Origin: Phaeosaccion multiseriatum
Lineage: Eukaryota; Protista; Ochrophyta, other classes
Direction: 5' to 3'
NCBI GenBank assembly: GCA_965112735.1
Contig: OZ218950.1
Location: forward strand, 6,696,001-6,760,000
DNA length: 64,000 nucleotides
Shown here: piece after piece, positions 50,401 to 61,000 of the stretch
Layout: each line of letters starts with the position of its first letter
Numbering within the stretch: position 1 is the stretch's first letter
Notes under the pieces: generated by a model
Told to the model about the DNA's origin: nothing
Database searches by the model: none
What the model saw: the letters and a program-made list of their open reading frames with translations, nothing else
Program-made: the position numbers and the translations under genes

Positions 50401-50889
50401 AACGTTGCAAAGAGGTATGTTTTTGGCCCCTGCCTGCCCCGTCCTTTCCTCCGATGGTGACGTATGTTCTTGTTACTTGTACGATACCGTGTGCAGTGGG
50501 CGAAACGGGTGAAGACTCACTTCGATGATGCATTCTCCCCCGTCCCGTCCCGCCGCTTGTATCGAATCCAATCCTCTTGACAGGATGTGGACGGCCGAAG
50601 TCAAGCGTCACCGCCAGGGTCTTGGGGTCGCTGGTACGCATGGTACACATCCAAGCCCTGGCAGCGCTGTTACAGCCAAAGGGGAGAAGCGTACAACGCA
50701 GCAAGCTTTGCCGCCATCCTTGGACCGGTGCTTGGGGAAGTTTTGTCTTTTGTTGTCGCGCTGTTTGGGGGTTCTTTCAAGTATACATCGCTGGTTGGCC
50801 TTGTGATTGCCTTGGTTGTGCTTGTTGTGTTGTGGGGTGGTCGTATGCTGTATGAGAAGAGGTGGTCTTCGAAGAGCAAGGAGCAATGA
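44436..50889 (+). CDS. LRR-ROCO protein (LRR N-cap, up to 15 LRR exons, Roc GTPase, COR-like region, Cys cluster, two C-terminal TM helices)
   Basis: Cap AFFHATSGPGWSNRAGW...NWVGVTV..VVKLNL (44436-44616); LRR exons GSIPxELGxLxxLxxLxLxxNxLT; NPFDFPP..V..QG linker; Roc motifs KVVLLGASGAGKTSL, STTGVE, FFDCGGQ..Y, LVGSKCD; COR-like VLDSAWF and LEDLGILF; last exon 50584-50889. Cassette 1 is frameshifted, so it must be skipped or this allele is decaying. Confidence 0.88.
44793..47371 (+). repeat. Tandem array of about 18 x 149-bp cassettes (conserved 76-79-nt intron + 72-nt LRR exon)
   Basis: Intron consensus GTA[A/G]GTG[G/T]TACGCACACCCGTTCGCGTCCCTTTCACTTGATATGAGTATGACCAAAGAACTTTCCTCCCATCC[A/G/C]CAG. 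Exons start at 44855, 44984, 45132, 45280, 45429, 45578, 45727, 45876, 46025, 46174, 46323, 46466, 46615, 46764, 46915, 47070, 47224 and 47300. Confidence 0.97.
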
Positions 50890-52737
50890 GGAGGGTCCGA
50901 ACCTGCGGAGGAAAGCAATCAATTGTGGACTGCCCCACAAGGTGCTGTTCGTGTTGCTAACTACCGGAGGAAAGGAGCCTCTGGCACGTATCCCTTACTA
51001 CGGCTCGTGTCACGCAGGACTCTACGAACAAAAGGGCACACTTAAAATGCAAGGCGTTGGTGGTCTTGCCGTTGGCCTTCGGGCGGCAGAAGACCAGTTG
51101 TTCTCTTGTCTTGAAGCGCTTTTGACAGTGTCCCCGGGTGCGCCAAGGGCAAGGGCAAGGCGACCGCCTCCATTAGTCTTTCTGAGTAAGAGACTGAGGA
51201 GCGAGAAATCATTTACTTTTAGTCTTCCCCTTCCTAAGCCGCTCGACCGAAAGAAGTCAGCTCTAAAGTACATAGAAAATTGGGTGTGAGAAAAATATTT
51301 GCTAAGGCCTTAAGCTATTTGCGTCCCGGAGGGGGAATGGTCAAGGTTCGGTTCAGCGGTCGGGGAGGGGCTTTATTGACTTAATAGGAATCGGTCGGGG
51401 AGGTGGGGGTGGGTAGGGATTGTGGAGGGTGTGGAGGAGAGGGTGGGGTGTAGGGGGTGTGGTGGCTGGTCCATCAAGTAGTGGGAAAACAGAGCACAGG
51501 GCGAAGTCAGCGCTGTTGTGTCCGCATCCCTCCTTCCCCGAGAGGCCCTTCCTGGAAAGGCTCCCAAGTAGTCAAGCAGTCCCTCAAGCAGTCAAGCACG
51601 CCAGGGACTTCCGGACTGTGGGCCCCGACCGCGCTTCCTTCACTCGCTGCCACCGCCACTGCTGCTGCTGCTGCTGCTGCTGCTAGTGCGACTGCTGCTA
51701 CTGCTGAGCTGCTCCCGGCTGCCACTGTCCCTCTTGTGTGCCTCCCCAACGGGAGGTCATCCATCCCAGTTCCCCAAAGGAGCTGACGACGTCCCTGAGT
51801 TGCAGAGGGGGTTGCTCTCACTCAGGTCAGAGGGTGGTCGCCCGAAAGGAGATGGAGGATGGAGGGTAGCCACAGTGCAGGCACTTGGGTAGTAGTAGGT
51901 ATATCTCCAGCACCGCCAAGGCCCAAGCCCTCGAGAATAGGCAGGTGCACCAGCGTAACGGCTCCTGCTCACAGGGGAGAAGAAGGGGCAAGGGGTGAGG
52001 CGGGGAGAAGACATAAGAGGGAGTATAGGGAAGGAAAAGCGCAGAGAGAGTGAGAGAGAGAAGGGCACGAGCAGAGAGAGAGTGTGTGAGAGAAGGAAAA
52101 GAGCAGAGAGTGTGCGTGTGAGAGAAGGAAAAGAGCAGAGAGAGTGAAAGAGAGAAGAGAAGGAAAAGAGCAGTGTGTGTGAGAGAGAAGAGAGAGTGAG
52201 AGAGAGAAGGAGAAAAACAGAGAGTGAGAGAGGGGGGGAAGGAAAAGAGCAGAGAGAGTGAGAGAGAGAAGGAAAAAAGCAGAGAGTGAGAGAGAGAGAG
52301 CACAAGAGGAGGAAAGGCCAAAGCGCAAGAGAGAAAACGAAGACATCACGAGGGCAGGTAGACGATGGCACCGGACGCACCTCAACAGCTAGCAGGTAGC
52401 GAGGTCACTGATCATCGTCGCTCAGCTTTGGCAGATGGATGATGTATGCACATCATGGACACTCCCTCATACATCATGGACACTCCCTAGCCGAAACCTC
52501 TCCTCGGCCTCCGTCACCGGCCCGCCGCCCGCCAGCGCCAGCAGTACCAGCACTAGCACTAGCACTAGTACTAGCACTGGCAGCAGTACTGGCAGCAGTA
52601 CCAGCATCCAGCACCAGCACCAGCACTAGCAGCAGCAGCGGGGCCGTGTCAGGACCGGCGAGGCGGAGGGGGGGGGCACGCACACATAGCCACATCGCTT
52701 GTACATCGCTTGCCCTTCGTATGGGGAAGTAAACAGC

Positions 52738-55559
52738 TCACTTGGCCTTGAGATAGGCAGCCGCATGGTCCATGATGGGCTCCCCTGCCTTCCACATTGC
52801 CTTCGTCAGCGGCGTGCGGCTCAGGGCACAGATCTTGTTGTGGCTGAAAGGGAGGACGCCTGGCGCAAGGGAGGGAAGGGAGGGAGGGAGGGGAGGGAGG
52901 GAGGGAGGGAGGGAGGGAGGGAGGGAGGGGTGGTTACGGATGGGCAGACAGAGAGGTGGGGTACAGAGGGGCGGATGCAAAAGGCAGGGAGGCGGGGAAG
53001 TCAACAGACTTGACAAGAGGCGGGGAAGTCAACAGACTTGAGGCTTGGGCAAGAGAGGAAGCAGAAAATGGTACCAGTAGTGCGAGAGCTGAAGCAGTCT
53101 CATGCCCCCCTCTTCTCTGATTCCCGCCTCATGTCGTTCCACACAACACACCCAACCACGCACGTCCCCACGCTCCCACGCACGCACGCACGCACTCACG
53201 CACACACGCACCCGCAAAGTCCACGGCGACCTTGTCCCATCCGCAGCTGTTGAGCCCCTCCGACATGGTCTGCTCCATCTGGGAGGGGCTCCCGGGGGCG
53301 GGCGGTGAGTACTGAGAGCAAAGGGGGGGGGGGCACGGCACAGCAGCGGAGAGAGGAGATAAGTTGATAGCAAGGCAGGCACCACACCACACCACACACA
53401 CACTGAGGGAAGTACGCACACACACACACAGGCAAGTACAGCAGGAGAGGTAGAGAAAGACGGCCCTGCTCACTCCCTCGCCCCATCTCCCGTCCTCTTC
53501 TTCTCTCCTTCCTTCGCCCCTGTCCCCTCTCCTCTGCCCCCAGCCGAAGTCCGCCATCCTCCTCCTCCGCCCCCCTCCCTGCCCATATACCTGCTCCAGC
53601 GGGTCCACAGTCATTTCCCATGCGATGCGCCCGACTTTGCTTCCCAGGAGCCGCTCCGCCACAGGCAGCTGCGCCACGGCCCCCCTCCCTCCTCCCCCTT
53701 CGCCTCCCCCCGCCGTTCTGGTAACTCTGTGCCTCGCTTTGTGTGCCAGAAAGAGTGCCGTCCCTCTGTGCGGCGGAACAGGGGTAAGAGAGAGGGAGAG
53801 GGAGAGGGAGGGAGGGAAGGGGAGGGAGGGAGAGAGAGAGGGAGGGCGCGGGAGAGAGGGTGGTGAGAGAGGGAGGGGGAAGAGTGGAAGAAAGACACAC
53901 GGTTTGGGCGGATTGTAGCTGCGGTTCGACTCTACTCGAGGAGGCTGGGGCTTGAGGGGGAGCTCGAAGGGAGGGAGGATGTCCACAACACGTCAGCGTA
54001 CAAGGTCAGAGAAGAATGTCACAAGTTAACCTTTTGTCATACCGAAACCTCCAAACCTCTGTAGGGGTGACTTATGAGAAGACGGTCGAGACATCGCGTC
54101 TTCCTTCCTCTCTTCCTTCCTTCCTTCCTCTCCCCGCTCCTTGCAACCTCGCTGCTGCTACCTACTGAAGTACCAACTGCCGCAGCGCTGCGTATGGTTG
54201 CAGTCCTCTCACCTAGGCACCATGAAGTCTCCATAGTCATTGCCATACGCCCTCCTTCGGTCGAACGCCCTCAGAGGCTGCAAAAACTCGTTCGAAGTGG
54301 CCATTGTGTACAGCAGCGGAGCATCTCCAAAGGTCTCCACTCCTTCATCGGCTCCTCCTCCTCCCCCCCTGCTCCATCTTCCCTTCCTTCCTCCCCCCTT
54401 GTCATCCAAGAAGAGGTCCTTGCCGGTCTGGCCCATGACCACACCCGCCAGGGGGTGTAGGGAGGTGGGCAGAGGAACGAAGGTGAACCTTCTTACGCCC
54501 AGCATCGGCGAGGCGATGCTGAGGAAGGTGTGCGGTTTGAGCCCACACATGGAGCCCTCTTGCTCATCGTACAGCAGTCGGATGGCATAGCGGCTGTACA
54601 AACCTCCCAGCGAGTTACCCACGATGCTCAAGTACTGTCACAGCAACAAAAGGGGGGGGGTGCAGAGGGCGGTGCGGATGAAAGGAGGACTAGGTGCGTT
54701 CAGGGCAGAGGAAGCGATGGAGCTGCTAATGCTGGCTTACAAGAGTAGAAGGAGGAGGGCTGGGGGAGTGACGATCTGAGTACTACTGTACTCTTGTATT
54801 AGCAGCACGATCGCTTCCTCTTCCGTCAATACCTCCTTCTACTTCTACTCTCCAGACTCCCTCCCGAGGGCACCGCAACCCAAAAGACCCAACTTATTGC
54901 ACACCTTCAGCGACGGCTTCTTCGCGACAATGGCTCTGATCTCCTCCGCCAGCCGCATCCCTCCTCGCACCACTCCATCCTTCGTGCCGCCTGGTTTGCT
55001 ATTCGCTCGGGCCAGATGGACATGCACCTTTGGGGGGGGGTCGCTGCCGCTGCTGTCTTCACTCTCAATGCTTTCCCGTAGGTAGTTGAGGTCTTCAGGG
55101 CTGCCTACCAGCCCGTGGACTTATAATAGGGGAGACACAGGCGGAGGGCGGAGAGCTGAGTATGGGGTGGTGTCGAGGAAAGGAGGCGAGGAGAGGAAGA
55201 GAGGAGCGATTCGTACCTAAGACCAGCAGATGCGAGGGATCGGCCCCGTTTGTAGAATCACCGGGAGAAGGAGAAGGATCTCTACTACTACTAGTAGTAA
55301 CAGTGGTGGTAGTAGTAGCAGCAGCAACAGCAGTAGCGGCTGTAGAAGCAGAGCGTCCTGCTCCCATTGTGCTGAGACTGCGTGCTGTGTTTAGCATGAG
55401 GAAGGCGGAGGGGAGAAGCGCGGCCTTGCTGAGGAGAAGCAGTAGCAGCGCTCTCGGAAGACTGCAGGCACGTCGGCGACAGCCCTTCATACAAACACCC
55501 AGCAGAGAGAGAAAGGAGTGGGCAGGGCGAGAGGATTCGAGAGGCGTGAGAGACGCCAT
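52738..55559 (-). CDS. DUF676 putative serine esterase/lipase (alpha/beta hydrolase)
   Basis: HLLVL/VHGL.GSPEDL, TKDGV..GG.RLAEEI, SIVGNSLGGLYSRYAI (nucleophile elbow), FLSIASPMLGV, GQTGKDLFL, FLQPLRAF.RRRAYGN..GDFMVP, SHNKICAL. Start may be 55559 or about 55489. Confidence 0.88.
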
Positions 55560-55651
55560 CCGGTGCCATCTGAACGCCTCTCCTTTTCGATAATCCCCTT
55601 TCCCCTCCCTTCCCTCCTCTTCTCTTCTACAGCACACTCTCTCTTATCAGT

Positions 55652-57444
55652 ATGAGTAGAGCTCCCGGAGGGTCTACGAGTGCCAGCGGCAATGTGGCCG
55701 TGGTTCCTTCCTTCGGTCGCAGGTGAGCTAGATATTGGAAGCTTCGAGTTCCCTCCGAAAGCCAAAGAGCTGCTGCCGCCTTTGCTGTTGCTTACGTCGT
55801 TCGCTTGCGTCAATCATTACCACATTCAACCCTCTCTTCTTCTCCTCTTCCACCTCTTCCTTCTTACAATCGTCGTACCATCCTGTCGACAGATACTCGC
55901 TGGATGTGACTCGAAGGCCTGAGACCTTGGAAGCTATCAAGAGCGCTCTCGCCTCCCTCAACCTCGAGTTGGACAAGGTGACCTCTGCAGAGCTGTGCGC
56001 CGTCTCGGGCTCTCTCATTGAGGTTCAGGTCACGGCACGAGACCTTAGCGGGGCAACCGCGGCGGGAGTAGCAGGCGCAGGAGCCGCTGAGCCGCGGAAG
56101 GTCTTGCTGAAGCTGTTTCAACATGAAACCGCAATGCTCCCCGCCAAGGGTGCCAAGGGAGCAGAGAAGGGCAGCCGGTACACGAGAAAGCCAGCCGAGA
56201 AGCCGACAATGCACTACTTGTACACCCTTCTCTCAGCCACGTATGTGGACGTGGCGGAGGCGGGGTCGACGTGCATCGTGGGCGAGTGCGAGGGCGAGAG
56301 CGTGTGGAGTGCGGGCTTGACGACGGAGCAGGTGGAGGCGGTAGGGGTGGCGATGCTACTGCAAGCGGCCTCCATCGTCAGCGAGGCCTATGGATACAAT
56401 ACGTTGCTGGAGGTGAGAGCTGATGCCTTGCCTGCTGAATGATGATACTATGCATGGTCCGAGCACCCTACCTGCAGTGTTACTCTTGGGCCCCTGGGGC
56501 ACTGCTTTCACTCACTCCCTCTCTCACCCACTTACCTCCCTCATTCACTCCACTCTACTCACTCCACTCCAGCTACCCCCTCACTCCACTCACTCACTCA
56601 CTCACTCACTCACTCACTCACTCACTCACTCACTCACTCAATCACTCACTCACTCACTCACTCACTCACTCACTCACTCATCCACCCAATGCCCCACCCA
56701 CTCTCTTCACGCACCTTCCGCCCTCCGCGTATCCTTCGCTCCCACTCGTGCCAGGTGGTGAGTGGTGAGGTGGCAAACATTACTCCTGCATGGGGCAAGA
56801 GCGAAGGGTGGACAGGGGAAAAAGACCTGCAGCTCTTCTGTCTCGTTGTGCGAGCAGGAAAGCGATGTAAGACAGTTCTTGGCACCCCGGATGTACTCGA
56901 CCCCACCCCGTCCACAGCAGCAGCAGGAGCACCAGCAGCAGGAGTAGAGGCAGAAGCAGCAGCAGCAGCAGGAGGAGGAGGAGGGGGAGGAGAGGATGGA
57001 GATGGGGGGGAGGGAGAAGAACAAGCGGGGGCGCCATGGGTCCCCATCGACTTGTATTGCGTGTTGGAAAAGACGCTCCGAATGGACATGCTCATGGGAA
57101 GTCGAGTCATGGCACAAAGTAGCAATAGCGAGGTCATGGACCAGGACAGTGGCGGCGGTGGTGTTGGGGGAGGGGCGATGACTATGGGAGCACGAGGGGG
57201 CCTCTCGGGGCCGGTGCCGCCCTCCCTCCTCTCCATACAGGAGCTGAGAAGGCCTACGAACAAGGACAACTCTGTGCCCGAGCCGGAGAGAACGTACAAG
57301 TGGGTGGTGGTGATTGCCGTCCTCGCAGCGCTGTACTTCATCAAGTATGGGAGGAGAGGGGGGGGGAGGGGAGTCACAGTGGGCTCCAGCACAGGGGGAC
57401 CAAGGTCGGCCGCAGCCGCCGCCGAGAGTCGATTACAACGATAG
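55652..57444 (+). CDS. Hypothetical C-terminally membrane-anchored protein, possibly two degenerate cystatin-like folds
   Basis: Phase-consistent exons 55652-55722, 55893-56412, 56755-57444; TM WVVVIAVLAALYFI near the C-terminus. Confidence 0.6.
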
Positions 57445-57549
57445 CAGCCATAGTACAAGGGTACTTAATAGACGCTCCTATTTATGTGACTATTTCTTGA
57501 TAGTTCAATGATTCACTATTGCCCTGCTCTCGACTCCTTCTCACCCTCC

Positions 57550-58003
57550 TCACGCAGCGCTCTTCCGCCTCTTCTTCTTGTCTATGTGGGTGCTTGCCTT
57601 CCTCTTGGTGGACGTTGCAGCAGCAGCTTGTCCAGACACCTTCTTTGGGGTTGTTTTGGCTACCTTCGCAGGCGGCTGCTCCTCCTCCTCTTCCTCCTCC
57701 TCTTCGTCATCGTCGTCGTCGCTATCATCGTCGTCGCCAGCATCTTCACCACTTTCCGCCTCCTCGTCCTCCTCCTCCTCCTCCTCCTTGTGGCCCTTCT
57801 TCTTTTCCTTATCCTTCTCCTTCTTGCCTGCCTTGCTCGGTGCATCACTCTTCTTTTCACTAGCGGCCTCGGCGTCGGCAGCGGTGGCAGCAGCAGCTGC
57901 AGCAGCCGAGGCAGCAGCAGTTGGTGATACAGACACGAGGGTGGCCTCTAACGCCACACACATCTTCCTGATGGCTGGGCTCTCCGTAGCGTCCTGAAGC
58001 AAA

Positions 58004-58042
<39 letters not shown>

Positions 58043-61000
58043 CACCACAAGGCAAACATGGAAAGAGCAAGGAAAGACGGTCAGAGCAGGCCGGGCAGCA
58101 CATGAATGGCAGTCAGAAAGAAAGGTCAGAAAGAAGCAAGCTCCGAACAAAGAGGGCAGACAGCGCAGGGAGTGCAAGACACGTGTACAGGCAGCACAGG
58201 GAGGGGAGGGGAGGGGAGAGGAGTGGCGGACACAGACAACAAGTCTCCACAATGCACACAACGGTTAAAAGAAGGACAGGCACCGACAGACTGACTTTGC
58301 GGAAGGAAGACAAAACTCACAACACGACTCAACGACGTGAGACCACGGCGTTACAAGACCAAGGCCAAGCCATGGCAGTAAGTAACATGTCCGTTAACAC
58401 ACGCTAAGGCCAAGCCATGGCAGTAAGTAACATGTCCGTTAACACACGCTCACCTTCGTTGCCCCGAGCGTCTCGAGAAGAGTCACCGCATCGTACTTCG
58501 CCGCCATTCGCTCCATGCCTGCAATAAGAGAGGCAACACAATACACACAAACACACACACACACAGAGAGAGAGGAAGGACGCACACAGGAAGGATGGCA
58601 GAGACAGGGGCGGTACTGAGTGTCAGGACAAACGTGTGTGTGTGAAATCAGCGTTTCCACGAGGCTCCTCCACGAAGCCGAAGCGCAACCTCAAACTCTC
58701 TCTCGTGGTTGGGGTTGGGGGCTCCTGGTACGTCATCGCCCCCCCCCCCCCCCCCGGTCTCATATACTTCTCCCTCCTCCTCCTCCTCCTCCTCCTCCTC
58801 CTCCTCCTCCTCCTCCTCCTCCTCCTCATTCCACATCCACCCACGCCACCTACCTGGCTGCTTGAGTAGTTTGAGCGCAGAGCCGCAGCACTGCAGCAGC
58901 GGTCGTGCCCTCTTGGCCTTGGACCCCACCCCTCCCTCGGCCACGGAGGACGAGAGCGCCTTGGTCAATGCATCCAGCACAGCGGCGCAATGGTCCTTAC
59001 CAAGCGCCTGCCGACTCTCCTTACACAGGGCACCTCCTTGGGCCACCACGTCACCCAAGAGTCGGAAGGCCTCTGCCTTGAGGTAGTCGCTCTTGGCAGT
59101 TACACACGCCTCCAACAGTTGAGGCGTGAGGAGCACGCCCTTCTCTGGGAAGCGGCGGATGAAGTGCGTGAAGAGGTCGCCGCTTGTAACGGACTTGCTT
59201 CTCTTCTTGTCCATAAAGTCTTTGAGACACTCTGAAATGCCCTCCGTCACGGTAGCCATGGTCTCCTTCTCCTCCTCCTCCTCCTCCTCCTCTTCTCCCT
59301 TGTTCTTCTTCTTCTTGCTCTTCATCTTCTTCTCCTCCTTCTTCTCCACCTTCTTGCCCCCCTTCCCCTCTTCCTCCTTGATGAGACGAATGGCACACAG
59401 CAGTCCGTCTGTAGCCAGGGAGCCGATATCCACCTTCCCACTGCCGGTGCGCCCCCCCGCCCTTCTGCACTCTGTCAGCAACTCAGCGGCCACCTTAGCT
59501 GCATCCATCAATCCATCTGCTGCCATCTCCTCCGGGCTGGCCTTGCACCTGCACAGGCGGTTTCGGTACAGACCCTGGCGGGGATGGAGAGGGGCAGACA
59601 GGACGGCATATGGGCAGGTAGGTAGGTAGGCGTATGGGTGGGTAGGTAAACAGGTGGCGTGGATTGGGATAGGCCGCGCGAAGGATAGGTGGAATGGGCG
59701 AGTAAGCCGTTAGTGCTACATCAGACGCAGACAGGCACAGGAAGGGAACTAAATGAACAGCAGCGCACTCTCTCTCTCTTCCTCTCTTCTCTCCCTCTCT
59801 CTCTCTCTCTCTTCTTTGCTTCCCCCTTCTTCTTCACTATACCTGCAGACGTTCAAGGAGGGCTCTTCCCTCCGAGCTTCGCGTCTCTACTGCAAGGCGT
59901 TTCATAGAACGGTACACGGGCATCAGCATGTAGCCACACAGTGGGGAGGAGCCGCAGCGAGAGGCAAACACCTCAATCAAATCCAACGCGCGAAGGCGAA
60001 TCTGCATCTGTTGCCTCTCCAGCTCGATCCTGCCAGCCTTTGTGCTCTGTTTCTTGAGCCCGATCAGCGACGCCAAAGCTGCGTCTGCCCCCGCGTGATG
60101 CGCCAAGCCCTCGCCCTCGTCCCCATTGAGCAAGTCCTCCAGACCATCAGCGTCCACCATCTCGTCATCCGAGTCGTCGTCGCCGTCGCCATTTGCTGCG
60201 CCCCCTTTTCCCTTCCCCTTGGCTGCGTCTTCCTCTTCTTGGTCGTCACTGTCGCTGCTGCTGCCACTCTCCTCATCCGTCTCGCCGGATTCCTCCTTCC
60301 CTGTCTTGTCGTCTGCCCCCTCTCCATCCTCTCCATCCTCGTCGCTGCCATCTGCACTATCCTCGTCATCCTCTCCATCCTCTCCATCCTCCTCATCATC
60401 CTCCTCCTCGAAGCCGCACACATTGGCCAGAAGGCAGTCGATGGCCGCCTTGGTCATAGGGTGCTGCTCTCCGTCCCCACACACCACCGTCCAGCTCTTC
60501 TTTGCCGTCTCTCTCATCCCCCTCACCGAGTACTGTGCCCCTGCCTGCTCTGCCACAATCGCCACCAGCACATCTGCCAGCACCGCCATCGGGTCGGCGT
60601 CACCATCCTCATCATCGTCCTCATCATCCTCGTCGTCGCCGTCCTTCGCTCCTGTGAGTCTGCTGTGAGTCTCAATGAGGTCTGTGAGGTGCTCCCCCAT
60701 GTTGTGGTAGTCGCCAGTCAAGCCGCGTAGACCAACTTGCATAATCACCCCGGCAAGCGCACAGCTCAGCTTGTCGCTGTTGCCCTTGCCCTCCGCTGAG
60801 ACCTCCTTACCCTTTCCTTTCTTGTCCTCCTTCTTGTTCTTCTTCTTGTTCTCCTTCTCACTCAACTTGGCGCCAGCGCCCCCACCCTCCTTCGAAGCAG
60901 AGCAGCTCTCCTCTCGTATCCTCCCCACGACTCGAAGCATCATCTCCCTTGCCTCCCTCCCTTCCTCGTCCAGCTCTGCCAACAACTGGGCCCCCTGCTC

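Noticed and set aside
51370-52700. Possible minus-strand gene downstream of DUF676 (an intron-like CT tract at 51970-52380)
   Set aside because: I could not build a stop-free spliced frame; it may be UTR, lncRNA or a pseudogene.
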